A stretch of 64,000 nucleotides of DNA from Thermoplasmatota archaeon. GTDB taxonomy: Archaea > Thermoplasmatota > E2 > JACPAO01 > JAHFTW01. The notes beneath the pieces are model-generated. The model did not search any database and was not told where the DNA came from. It saw only the letters and a program-made list of their open reading frames with translations. The translations under genes were made by a program, and so were the position numbers. Each line of letters starts with the position of its first letter. Within the stretch, counting starts at the first letter, position 1. Below are positions 54,646 to 64,000 of this stretch, in pieces. The stretch covers positions 187,780 through 251,779 of the forward strand of contig JBBSVQ010000001.1 of NCBI GenBank assembly GCA_038046725.1, written 5' to 3'.

Positions 54646-57246
54646 ATGGCCAAGTCGGACCGGAAAGACGTCGAGACCTACGAGCACAAGGCCGCCCAGC
54701 GCCCGAACAACCCACCGGTGGGCCTTGTGACGAAGGACACGGAGGCGCGAGAGAAGCGCCGCACCTACCAATACACCGATAACGTCCACGTCAAGCCCCA
54801 CGACAAACACCAGGACCCTGCCCTGGTCTGGGCGACGAAGGCCGAGCGCACTAGCTTCGAGGTCCCGACTGTCAACCTCCACGTCCATGAGCGCATCGAC
54901 CCGCAGACGATTCTGCGCGCGGTGCGCAAGAAGGGTGCGACCGTACAGCAATCCCTTTTCCAGTCCTCGGACCAGAACCTCCCCCTATCCAAGGCAGTCG
55001 AATTCTACGAGCACGCGCAAGGCTGGTCAAACCGGCTCGTCGCCGGCGACAGCCTGCTGGTGATGAACTCGCTCATCGAGAAAGAAGCGATGGCCGGCAA
55101 GGTCCAGATGGTCTACTTCGACCCGCCTTACGGCATCGAGTACAAGTCGAACGCCCAGCCATTCGTCGACAAGCGCAGCGTTGCCGAAGGCGACAAGGAC
55201 GCCGACTTGGACCAAACGCCGGAGCAGATCAAGGCGTTCCGTGACACCTGGGAGCTCGGGATTCACTCCTACCTCTCGTTCATCCGCGACCGGATGTTGC
55301 TGGCGCGTGAACTCCTGACACCAAGCGGCAGCGTGTTCATCCAGATTAGCGACCAAAACCTCCACCACATCCGCGAGGTGATGGACGAGGTGTTCGGCCC
55401 AGGTTGCTACGTCGTCACGATTCCTTTCAAGAAGAAGGGCAGCCAGCGCTCCGGCTTGCTCCGGCCCGTCAACGACTACTTGATCTGGTATACTCGCAGC
55501 CCCGTTGATTCCGGCGTGCCGAAGTTCCACGCGCTCTTCGAAAAGTGGGCCCTCGACCCGGAAACACTCTCGGAATTCCGTTACGTTGAGCTTCCGGGCG
55601 GCAAAGAAATGCTACTCGGGCACCTGAAACGACCTGACGGGTCGGACGTCGACTATGCAAGTCACCCCGAGCTCCTGATGGCGGACTACCCCAAGGCGCG
55701 CCTCTACCGAGCCAACCCTCTCAAGAGTGGCGGCGTTCGAGCCAACCAGAGCCTGCCGTTCACCTACAAGGGCAAGACGTACGAGCCCGGCCCGGGCAAC
55801 TGTTGGAAACACACAGCTCGAACCGATGATGGAAGCCCAAGCGGAATGGACCGCCTCGCCAAGGCCGGCCGGCTAATCGGAACGAAAACCGACTTGCGCT
55901 ACCGCAACTACCTGGATGACTTCGGTTACAAACCTGTGTCCAACTGGTGGGATGGACTCGGCGGGGCCTCCAACCCAATCTACGTCGTGCAGACCAACAC
56001 GGAAGTCGTGAAGCGCTGCATGCTGATGACGACAGACCCGGGCGACCTGGTAATTGACATCACTTGCGGCTCCGGAACGACGGCTTACGTCGCCGAAGAA
56101 TGGGGCCGTCGCTGGATGACATGCGACACGTCGCGCGTTGCGGTGACGCTTGCCAAGCAACGGTTGATGACTGCGGCTTTCCCGTTTTATCGACTTCGTC
56201 ATCCGGACGAAGGCGTTTCGTCCGGACTTCGCTACAAGCAGGTTGCGCACATCACGTCCTCGACGATTGCGAATGACGACAAACCCGTGATGGAAGACGT
56301 GTACGATGACCCCGAAGTCGACGGGTCCAAGGCGCGCGTTACCGGACCCTTCACTGTCGAAGCCGTGCCGGCGCCTGTCGTTCTGAGTTTGGACGGATCG
56401 CATCAAGGGCTGGCACCCTCGAATGGTCAGGACGTTGCCCGGAGTGGCGAAACGGCACGCGAGGATCAGTGGAGGACGCAGCTCATGCAAACCGGGATTC
56501 GAACGCTGAAGGGACAGGTGGTCCGTTTCACGCGTCTGGAACCCGCTGCGGCCAGTACCTACTTGCACGCGACTGGTGAGACCGCCGAGACACCATCTCG
56601 TCGTGTGGCGGTATCGTTCGGGCCCGAACATCACCCCATGGAACGCAAGCAGGTCGAGTTTGCATGGGAAGAAGCGCGCCAGATGGCCGACCGCCCTCAA
56701 CTCCTTGTCTTCGCGGCGTTCTCGTTTGATGCTGACACGGCGAAGGACATCGATAACGCCAAGCCAGACAAGATGGGCATGACGTTCTGGAAGGTCCAGA
56801 TGAACACGGACCTGCTCACCGAAGACCTCCGTAAGGGGGGCAAGTCCGACGACTCGTTCTTCCTCGTCGGCCAACCCGATGTGGCCTTGGAGCGCATCAA
56901 GGACGGCGAACACAAGGGAAAGGTCCGCGTCGTTGTCCGGGGCTTCGACTACTTCGACGTCCGCAGCAGCAAGCTGGAATCGGGCAACTCTTCACGCATC
57001 GCGGTATGGATGCTCGACCCCGACTACGACGGGCGCAGCGTGTTCCCGCAGCAGGTCTTCTTCCCCATGGCTGCCGACGACGAAGCGTGGGGTAGGCTTG
57101 CGAAGAACCTCAACGGCGAGATTGACTTGGACCGCATCAAGGCCTACTGGGGGAAGGAATCTCTCCCCTTCCAGCCCGGCAAGCGCGTCGCCGTCAAGGT
57201 CGTTGATGACCGTGGCATCGAGAGCATGAAGGTCTTGGACGTGTAG
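54646..57246 (+). CDS. mod: Type III restriction-modification methyltransferase (Mod)
   Basis: NRLVAGDSL, YFDPPYG (motif IV), DITCGSGTT (motif I), and a C-terminal VAVKVVDDRG.E. Confidence 0.92.
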   Translation: MAKSDRKDVETYEHKAAQRPNNPPVGLVTKDTEAREKRRTYQYTDNVHVKPHDKHQDPALVWATKAERTSFEVPTVNLHVHERIDPQTILRAVRKKGATVQQSLFQSSDQNLPLSKAVEFYEHAQGWSNRLVAGDSLLVMNSLIEKEAMAGKVQMVYFDPPYGIEYKSNAQPFVDKRSVAEGDKDADLDQTPEQIKAFRDTWELGIHSYLSFIRDRMLLARELLTPSGSVFIQISDQNLHHIREVMDEVFGPGCYVVTIPFKKKGSQRSGLLRPVNDYLIWYTRSPVDSGVPKFHALFEKWALDPETLSEFRYVELPGGKEMLLGHLKRPDGSDVDYASHPELLMADYPKARLYRANPLKSGGVRANQSLPFTYKGKTYEPGPGNCWKHTARTDDGSPSGMDRLAKAGRLIGTKTDLRYRNYLDDFGYKPVSNWWDGLGGASNPIYVVQTNTEVVKRCMLMTTDPGDLVIDITCGSGTTAYVAEEWGRRWMTCDTSRVAVTLAKQRLMTAAFPFYRLRHPDEGVSSGLRYKQVAHITSSTIANDDKPVMEDVYDDPEVDGSKARVTGPFTVEAVPAPVVLSLDGSHQGLAPSNGQDVARSGETAREDQWRTQLMQTGIRTLKGQVVRFTRLEPAAASTYLHATGETAETPSRRVAVSFGPEHHPMERKQVEFAWEEARQMADRPQLLVFAAFSFDADTAKDIDNAKPDKMGMTFWKVQMNTDLLTEDLRKGGKSDDSFFLVGQPDVALERIKDGEHKGKVRVVVRGFDYFDVRSSKLESGNSSRIAVWMLDPDYDGRSVFPQQVFFPMAADDEAWGRLAKNLNGEIDLDRIKAYWGKESLPFQPGKRVAVKVVDDRGIESMKVLDV

Positions 57247-57248
57247 CG

Positions 57249-57695
57249 ATGGCTCAGGCCATGGTCGAGAGACTAAACGCACAACATTGGTTGCTCATCA
57301 CGAGTCGGGCTTCGTGGGAGCGAATGGAGCAAGCTGGCGCGTGGGCATTCGCAGACAAGAGTCTGAAACGGGCGTCCATGCTTCACCGAGGCACGCAGGG
57401 CGTCGTGTACTGCACCGGCGAGAGCTCCTTCGCAGCGGTTATCGAGTTCACCGGTGAATTCCGCCAGCACGCCCGCTCAACGGTCTTCGGGGCCCTCTAC
57501 CCGCACGCCATGCCGTTCCGCGTCGTCGCCGCCCCTGGCTTCTCACTCCCGATGGCGGCCGTGGTTCAGACCCTCGACTTCATCGGCAAGAAGGATTACT
57601 GGTTCAGCTACCTTCAAGGGCAGGCTCTTCGCCCTTTGTCCCGTGAGGACTTCCACGTTCTGGCTTCTCGGTTGCAGACGAAGGGGGCTCGGTGA
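57249..57695 (+). CDS. EVE-domain (PUA-like, UPF0310-type) protein
   Basis: HWLLITS...W......W, VVY, YP, LDFI.KK..W..YLQG.ALR.LS.EDF..L. Confidence 0.82.
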   Translation: MAQAMVERLNAQHWLLITSRASWERMEQAGAWAFADKSLKRASMLHRGTQGVVYCTGESSFAAVIEFTGEFRQHARSTVFGALYPHAMPFRVVAAPGFSLPMAAVVQTLDFIGKKDYWFSYLQGQALRPLSREDFHVLASRLQTKGAR

Positions 57696-60523
57696 TGGTC
57701 GGAGTACCGAAGATTGATCGCCTCATCCAGAACAACCCGTACCGCGAGCCTGCGAGGTACTGGAAGTTCAACGCGACCAGCCGCACCTGGCGCTTGACCG
57801 AGGGACGGCGCGAGGCGGGTTACATGGTGCAGTCGGGCGACCCTGACGACCCCGGCGATTATCGGGCACTACGCCTGGCCAACCAGGTCCGTCCGCGCGT
57901 CAAGGAATGGCGGGCCGCCGGCTACCCAGGCATCACGGGAGTGACTCGGCGACTGCTGGAACACTGGACGGACCCCAACGCCCGGACGTTCCCGTTCTTC
58001 TTCTGCCAACTGGAAGCCATCGAGACGCTTGTCTGGCTCGCGGAAGCCCCGCCGTCCGCCAAGCAGGGCCTCGACTGGGAGACCGACGGCGGCGACTTCG
58101 TGCGCGAGTGCTGCAAGATGGCCACCGGCACGGGCAAGACTATCGTCATGGGCATGGTCATCGCGTGGCACGTACTCAACAAGGTCGCGTACCCCCAAGA
58201 CCCGCGTTTCAGCAAAAACATCCTTGTCGTTGCCCCCGGTCTAACGGTCAAGGAGCGCCTTCAGGTGCTGAAGCACCCCGACGGCATCTACCGGGAATTC
58301 AGCATGATTCCCGGCGCCATGCGCGACCAATTCGCCCAAGGCCGCGTCGTTGTCGAGAACTGGCACACCCTCGCCCGCCGCGAAGAGGTCGGCCCACGCG
58401 TCATGCGCAAGAAGATGGGCGCTGAGTCGGACGAAGCGTACTGCCGCCGCGTCCTGGTAGACATCGCGAAAGCCAGCAATCTCCTCGTCATCAACGACGA
58501 AGCCCACCACGCGTGGCGCGTCGACCCGAAACGCAAGGCCGAGTTCAAAGGGGAAGACAAGGACGAAGCCCAACGCGCCACGGTCTGGATCGACGGCCTC
58601 GACATCATCAACAAGGCCCGCGGCATCCTGAAGTGCTACGACTTCACCGCCACGCCCTTCGCATCAGCGGGCAAGGGAAACCAGGAGAACGTCATCTTCG
58701 AATGGGTCGTCAGCGACTTCGGCTTGAACGACGCAATCGAGAGCGGGCTCGTCAAGACGCCGCGCCTGCCAACTGTGGACAACAGCATCCCGGACGCCGA
58801 GACGTTCCGCAGCAGACTCCTGCACATCTACGGTGAGTCCGAAGTGCAGAAGGACTTGAGTCGGAAGGCCAAGCCAGAGGAACCGCTGCCCCAACTGGTT
58901 CGCAACGCCTACGAACTGATGACCAAGGACTGGGCCAGGACGCGCGACGACTGGGCCAAGGAAGGCCATCCCGTTCCCCCCGTGATGATTACTGTCGCCA
59001 ACACCACATTCACGGGAGCCCGCATTGAGCACGGATTCCGGACCCACGACCTGGGCGTCGAAGCTGCACACGACGAGAAGGGATTGCTCCGCATCGACAG
59101 CAAAATGCTCAAGGACGTCGAAGAGCGCGACGCGGGAGTCTCGCTCGCTTTGGACCTGGACGACGAAGCCGAGTTGACGGCGGATCAGCGCGCAGAGCTG
59201 CTCCGCCGTCAGGTCGACAGCGTGGGCAAGCCCGGCAAGCCCGGCGCCCACATTTTCAACCTCGTCAGCGTCATGATGCTGACCGAAGGCTGGGACTGCC
59301 GCACCGTGACCCACATCATGGGCCTGCGCGCGTTCACTTCCCAGCTGCTCTGCGAGCAGGTCATCGGCCGCGGCTTGCGCCGCACGTCGTACGAGACCGA
59401 GCAGGTCGAGTTCCCCGACGGCCGCAAAGAGCAACTCTTCGCCGCCGAGTACGTCAACGTGTTTGGCATCCCGTTCTCGTTCCTGCCACTCGAATCGGAC
59501 GAGACGGGGACATCCAAGAAGCCACGCCCCACCACGGACATCCACACACTAGACGAGCGAAAGGACCTGGCTATCAAGTGGCCGAACGTGCTCCGCATCG
59601 AGCACCGGTTGAGCCACCAGCTCCGCCTGGACACTGCCAAGGTTCGCCCGTTCAAAATCGACCCCTCGCTCGTGAGCACAGAAGCGCAACTGGCGCCCTT
59701 GATGGACAACCGACCAAACCCTGACCGCGCGACGCTCATTGAGCTGCAGGATTTGGCCGACACGCGCTACCGTCAGCAGGCCATTGTGTTCCGCCAAGCG
59801 AAGAGCCTCTTCGAGAACATGAAGGAAGACTGGAAGGGCAACCCCGCCACCCTCGCATCCCAGACGGTCCGCCTCGTGGAGGAATTCCTGGCCAGCGGCA
59901 AGGTGGACTTCGGCGGCGTCAAGTTCGGCGAAGACGACGTCCGCCGTCGCATCGTCTTGGCACTGAACACGCCCCGAATCGTTTACGCCCTGAAGGACGC
60001 CATCACGCAGCAGTCCAGCGAAGAGTCCCACATCGTCCTCGATGCGACACATCCGGTAGGTTCGACAGAAGACATGCTGCCGTGGGCCACGCGCAAGAAG
60101 TCGCGCGAAACGAAGAAGAGCCACGTCAACCGCGTCGTCCTCGACTCGGCATGGGAGGCTTCGGACGCCTACGTCATCGACCAGTCGAAGCACGTCGAGG
60201 CCTGGGCCAAGAACGACCACCTCGGGTTCGAGATCGCCTACATCGAGATGGGCCGGGTTGCCAGCTATCGCCCCGACTTCCTCGTCCGCCTGACCAACGG
60301 CGTCAACCTGGTACTAGAGACGAAGGGAAAGGAGCGCGACGCCGACCGGACCAAGTGGACGGCCATGGACGCTTGGATTGCGGCCGTCAACCAGCACGGC
60401 GGGTTCGGGCAGTGGGAATTCAGGACGTCGCGACTCCCCGGCGAGGCGAAGGAAATCCTTGCAGAGCTTGCCGCACGTGGTCCCGTCGGACCCGCTTCTG
60501 CAGGCAAGGCACAATCTAGTTAG
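57692..60523 (+). CDS. res: Type III restriction endonuclease (Res) helicase-nuclease
   Basis: FFCQLEAIET, KMATGTGKT, NDEAHH, MLTEGWD, EQVIGRGLRR, YRPDF...LETKG (PD-(D/E)xK). Confidence 0.92.
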   Translation: MMVGVPKIDRLIQNNPYREPARYWKFNATSRTWRLTEGRREAGYMVQSGDPDDPGDYRALRLANQVRPRVKEWRAAGYPGITGVTRRLLEHWTDPNARTFPFFFCQLEAIETLVWLAEAPPSAKQGLDWETDGGDFVRECCKMATGTGKTIVMGMVIAWHVLNKVAYPQDPRFSKNILVVAPGLTVKERLQVLKHPDGIYREFSMIPGAMRDQFAQGRVVVENWHTLARREEVGPRVMRKKMGAESDEAYCRRVLVDIAKASNLLVINDEAHHAWRVDPKRKAEFKGEDKDEAQRATVWIDGLDIINKARGILKCYDFTATPFASAGKGNQENVIFEWVVSDFGLNDAIESGLVKTPRLPTVDNSIPDAETFRSRLLHIYGESEVQKDLSRKAKPEEPLPQLVRNAYELMTKDWARTRDDWAKEGHPVPPVMITVANTTFTGARIEHGFRTHDLGVEAAHDEKGLLRIDSKMLKDVEERDAGVSLALDLDDEAELTADQRAELLRRQVDSVGKPGKPGAHIFNLVSVMMLTEGWDCRTVTHIMGLRAFTSQLLCEQVIGRGLRRTSYETEQVEFPDGRKEQLFAAEYVNVFGIPFSFLPLESDETGTSKKPRPTTDIHTLDERKDLAIKWPNVLRIEHRLSHQLRLDTAKVRPFKIDPSLVSTEAQLAPLMDNRPNPDRATLIELQDLADTRYRQQAIVFRQAKSLFENMKEDWKGNPATLASQTVRLVEEFLASGKVDFGGVKFGEDDVRRRIVLALNTPRIVYALKDAITQQSSEESHIVLDATHPVGSTEDMLPWATRKKSRETKKSHVNRVVLDSAWEASDAYVIDQSKHVEAWAKNDHLGFEIAYIEMGRVASYRPDFLVRLTNGVNLVLETKGKERDADRTKWTAMDAWIAAVNQHGGFGQWEFRTSRLPGEAKEILAELAARGPVGPASAGKAQSS

Positions 60524-60546
60524 GCAGCCCTGAAGCTCGGCCCCTG

Positions 60547-62109
60547 GTGGCGAAGGTCGTCGGTGGGCGGGTGGTCGGGCTTTTCGGCCGCCTTTCGCTG
60601 TCCTGGACGTTCAACGAGCAAGGGCTGGCCGTCCTTCACGGCCCCAACGGCTCAGGGAAGTCGACGTTCCTCCGAATCCTCGAGGCCACGTTCAACCGCC
60701 AGATGGAGGCGCTTTCGATGCTGCCATTCAGGGCGGTCGAGGTGGACTTCGACGACGGGCGCCGCCTGCGCATCCTGGACCGTGCGTTCCTGAACGCTGA
60801 GGTCCGGATTGACGAGGAAGTCCGCGGCCGCTTCGAGGAGCTTGTCAGTGAGGCTATACAGAAAGACGGGAACATCTCGGATGCCGCTGCCGCAGAACTT
60901 TGGGAGGAGGCCGTTAGAGATGCCGACTGGTACTCCTGGGACGACGCGATGCGCGATCCCCCTCCCCACGGGGCCCGCAGGCCTCTGAAACTCGAGCTGA
61001 TGGGCGCCCCGGCCCGCCAGCGCACGACGATCGCCGGGACATACATCAACGAACCTGGAGAACGGCGGAAGCTACTTCGGCCGGGCATCGTCGAGGCGGC
61101 AAACCGGTACCATAGCCCGGTGCTGGACGAACTGAAGGACTTGGTCTGCACGCGGATCAGCGGACCGGTGGGTTCTGCGACCGACCTCGAGACGTTCCGA
61201 GGAAGCCCGGAGGCCCTTCTGCGGCGCATGAACGCAGAGCTGACCGCCATCAGGCGTTTGTTTGCGCCGCCCTATGGCGTGCAGGTACGGCTTCTCGGCG
61301 AGCAGGAGCGCGCCGACCCGGACGACTTCATTGCAGCCCTTCACGAGACCAAGCGGAATCCGCCGCCCGCGGGCGACGCGCAGATGCCCTGGTACAACAA
61401 ACGGGCAGAAGAGGCCGCAGCCAGGGAACGCGAGTGGGACGAGCTGCAGCGGACATTGGGTTCGAAGCGACAAAACGAATCTGGTGCGCCAAAGCCCTCT
61501 GACCGCCAGGCCTTGTCAAACTCGCCAGGGTTCCCCGACGTGGTCAGCTTCTTCGCGACAATCCCTCCCGGGCACTGGCTCGAACGGGAGCTTGCGGGGG
61601 AACTGGCCTATCGGCTGGCCCAAAGTGCTGAACCGAAGGAGCGCACGGCCTTGGCCGAGCGGCTTCGGGAACTGAGTTTGGTGGTAGACGCGCAGGTCAA
61701 GCCCTACGACCGGTTCGTCTACAGGATCAACGAGTTCCTGGACCAGCGGCGGACCGGCGCTTCAATCCACGTCTCCGGCTTCGACGGGCCGCCGGTCGTC
61801 GGGTTCTGGGCCGGCGAGAACGAGATTCCCGGCGACCGGCTGTCCTCCGGGGAGACATCACTGATCGCAATCGCCCACCGCGTCTCCACCTCGTGCGCAC
61901 GTGCGGCGGAAGGGAAGTACGTCCAGCACATCGTCCTGCTCGACGAGCCAGAGGCCAGTCTTCACCCGACCTGGCAGCGAGGCCTGCTCGACCTTGTCAT
62001 GGGTTTCTTCCACAAGGGCCGCGACTGCCTCGTTGTGGCGACGCACAGTCCGGACGTCGCATCGTCCCACCTCTCCGCCATGCAAGAGGTGCCCGACCCT
62101 GCGGCCTGA
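60547..62109 (+). CDS. ABC/AAA_21-type ATPase (AriA-like)
   Basis: GPNGSGKS Walker A, LSSGE signature, LLDEPE..LHP.WQ Walker B/D-loop, ATHSP H-loop. Confidence 0.88.
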   Translation: MAKVVGGRVVGLFGRLSLSWTFNEQGLAVLHGPNGSGKSTFLRILEATFNRQMEALSMLPFRAVEVDFDDGRRLRILDRAFLNAEVRIDEEVRGRFEELVSEAIQKDGNISDAAAAELWEEAVRDADWYSWDDAMRDPPPHGARRPLKLELMGAPARQRTTIAGTYINEPGERRKLLRPGIVEAANRYHSPVLDELKDLVCTRISGPVGSATDLETFRGSPEALLRRMNAELTAIRRLFAPPYGVQVRLLGEQERADPDDFIAALHETKRNPPPAGDAQMPWYNKRAEEAAAREREWDELQRTLGSKRQNESGAPKPSDRQALSNSPGFPDVVSFFATIPPGHWLERELAGELAYRLAQSAEPKERTALAERLRELSLVVDAQVKPYDRFVYRINEFLDQRRTGASIHVSGFDGPPVVGFWAGENEIPGDRLSSGETSLIAIAHRVSTSCARAAEGKYVQHIVLLDEPEASLHPTWQRGLLDLVMGFFHKGRDCLVVATHSPDVASSHLSAMQEVPDPAA

Positions 62110-63190
62110 GCAGCTTCTCGCAGACGCACGCGGGCGGGCTGCCGCACGCCAATACCTTGCCACTGGGTCGCGACCGGGCGTGCTCCTCATCGGCGAGAGC
62201 GACGCGGACGAGTCGAAGCTCATGAAACTGCTGGGGCGCGTCCCTCATCTCGGGCGCCGCGACGACGCCGCGCGCGCCATGGGCGTGACCCGTACGCCAG
62301 GGGGAAAGGACATCGCGGAGGCCGAGGCAAAGCTATGGGCCACGGGTGAGGCCCGGCACCAGTCCGTCAAGGGAGTGGTGATGACGAGGGACCTGGACAT
62401 GGACTACGCGCAGCATGTCGATGACAGGTCAATCCAAGTTGGAACGTTCCCGGGTACGCGTCTAGCAGCCGTTGTGGAAACCGCGCTCGCAAAGGGCCTT
62501 GGAAGCGGTGGTGTCCGGGTCGATGTGGTGGTCACGCCACGCAGCGACCTGGAGACAACCGTACTTGCCTACGCGCGCGGTGCTCCTCCCGGCCTGGGGC
62601 CCGCCGGCCAGGAGGACCTTTGGCGCCGGCTTGTCGCGCTCGCATGGCTCCAGCAAGCGATTGTATGGGAGCTCCAGACCGACGGGGCCGTGGTGAAGTC
62701 GAGTGTCTTCTACGACGACAAACCTGCTCCTTGGGAGAGCGATGCAGTGAGCGCGGCGCGAACCTGGAACGACGCCAACATACGCCGCGCTGCCGATGCA
62801 TTTGCAAAGGCGCTAGGCGCCGAATCCAAGGCTCCGGCCCAGTCCTTCCCAGGCCTCACTTTGGTTGACAAGCGGGGCAACCATGTCTCACGAGACCACC
62901 TGGCAGGGGCACTCGAGTTCCTTGAGCGGCACCGTGAGGCGTGCGAGGGAACGGATGGCGCGACTACGGGCCCTGCAGCAGCGCTTGACCGATTCGCCCG
63001 CTCGCCCTGCGGTTGCGTGTGGACCTTGGTCAACGGCCATGCCCTTTTCCGATTGACGGCTGCCCTCGTGGGCCAGGCCTCCCGGACCCTTGAGGGGCGG
63101 GTCGTCTGGGGAATGGTGGAGTCCAGGGAAATCCAAGCAGCTGCAAAGTCAGACCCGTCTTTCGGGGCGCGGCTGGACAAGCTCCTGTGA
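62099..63190 (+). CDS. DUF4435/TOPRIM-like protein (AriB-like)
   Basis: LLIGESDAD, RDLDMD, DLET and NGH motifs. The start is uncertain; a CTG at 62099 follows a GAGGTG SD and overlaps the ATPase end. Confidence 0.62.
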   Translation: MRPEQLLADARGRAAARQYLATGSRPGVLLIGESDADESKLMKLLGRVPHLGRRDDAARAMGVTRTPGGKDIAEAEAKLWATGEARHQSVKGVVMTRDLDMDYAQHVDDRSIQVGTFPGTRLAAVVETALAKGLGSGGVRVDVVVTPRSDLETTVLAYARGAPPGLGPAGQEDLWRRLVALAWLQQAIVWELQTDGAVVKSSVFYDDKPAPWESDAVSAARTWNDANIRRAADAFAKALGAESKAPAQSFPGLTLVDKRGNHVSRDHLAGALEFLERHREACEGTDGATTGPAAALDRFARSPCGCVWTLVNGHALFRLTAALVGQASRTLEGRVVWGMVESREIQAAAKSDPSFGARLDKLL

Positions 63191-63254
63191 CCGGCACGTA
63201 CCTTCAGCTCTCTTACCCCAACCAATAAGATCCCACTCCTTACCAGGGCCTGGG

Positions 63255-64000
63255 ATGCCTGGTATCAGGGTGGTCGAGCTCTTCGCCGGCGTCGGCGGCT
63301 TCAGGCTTGGCCTCGACCGGACGAACGGCCCGTTCGAGACCGTCTGGTGGAACCAGTGGGAACCCGCAACCAAGGTCCAGCATGCGTGGGCCTGCTACGC
63401 CCGCCGGTTCCACGGCGACGTCTCCGCCGCGCCCCCCTTCAGCAACACCGACGTCACCAAGGTCCCCGTCGACGCCGTCCCGCAGCACGACCTCCTTGTC
63501 GGCGGGTTCCCCTGCCAAGACTACAGCGTGGCCACCACGCTCGACAAGGCCGGCGGACTCCAAGGAAAGAAGGGTGTGCTGTGGTGGGAGATCAAGCGCA
63601 TCCTCGACGCCCGCAAGCCTCGCTACGTCCTGCTTGAGAACGTGGACCGGCTGCTCAAGTCGCCTGCAAGCCAAAGAGGGCGGGACTTCGGCGTCCTGCT
63701 CGCATGCCTGCGGGACTTGGGTTACGTCGTGGAGTGGCGTGTTGTCAATGCAGCCGACTATGGCAACCCCCAGCGCCGCCGACGCGTGTTCATCTTCGCC
63801 GCCCGCGACAACAGTGGCCTAGGCAAGAGCATCGCCCGCAAGGCGCACCGCAGCAACTACCTCTTCACAGAAGGGCTGTTCGCCAAAGCCTTCCCCACGG
63901 ACTTCGAGCCCTTCGCCGTCGAGGAAGAAGAAGGGGAGCTTTTCGACAACGACGTCCGCGAAGTGAGCGCGTCGTTCCACCACCTGTTCCAGAACGCCGG
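63255..64000 (+). CDS. dcm: DNA (cytosine-5) methyltransferase, M.Sau3AI-like, truncated by the window end
   Basis: Manual translation: ELFAGVGG, GGFPCQDYS, LENVDRLLKSPASQRGRDF, PQRRRRVF. Confidence 0.92.
   Translation, partial: MPGIRVVELFAGVGGFRLGLDRTNGPFETVWWNQWEPATKVQHAWACYARRFHGDVSAAPPFSNTDVTKVPVDAVPQHDLLVGGFPCQDYSVATTLDKAGGLQGKKGVLWWEIKRILDARKPRYVLLENVDRLLKSPASQRGRDFGVLLACLRDLGYVVEWRVVNAADYGNPQRRRRVFIFAARDNSGLGKSIARKAHRSNYLFTEGLFAKAFPTDFEPFAVEEEEGELFDNDVREVSASFHHLFQNA

Overview
This is a high-GC prokaryotic window, most consistent with an archaeon of the Thermoplasmatota type. The evidence is a FEN-1-family nuclease, a stand-alone Lrp/AsnC domain, an archaeal EVE protein, HVO_0163- and HVO_A0114-like HTH proteins, TATA-like boxes about 25 bp before leaderless starts, and GGTGA/GAGGTG ribosome-binding sites; the taxonomy is inference. 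The window has three zones. (1) About 1-23.6 kb holds ordinary metabolic genes (thioesterase, DUF72, icd, amt, AKR, SprT-like, FEN-1-like, SQR-like) and a sugar/trehalose-type cluster (GT4, HAD, ROK, GH15) whose left edge is a chimeric MFS/DUF1801 junction. (2) About 23.6-43 kb is a mosaic accessory region of short gene blocks: secreted proteins with small membrane proteins and double-wHTH regulators, a Zn/Ni module, two TumE/TumA-like TA pairs, tiny antitoxin-like ORFs and a histidine kinase. These blocks are punctuated by at least seven copies of a non-coding GGCTACAAC-containing repeat family and by gene remnants. (3) About 43-64 kb is a defence island. It contains an intact frameshifting IS5-family element with a 9-bp target duplication, a Panacea-like/membrane pair, and a MORC-type GHKL ATPase + HTH protein + PLD-SNF2 helicase operon that I cannot match to a named system. 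It also contains DUF6978/DUF1828-1829, a type III R-M system with an EVE-domain gene between mod and res, a PARIS-like ABC-ATPase/TOPRIM pair and a truncated C5 methyltransferase. No tRNA, rRNA or CRISPR array was recognised. All family calls come from motifs read by eye, with no database searches.
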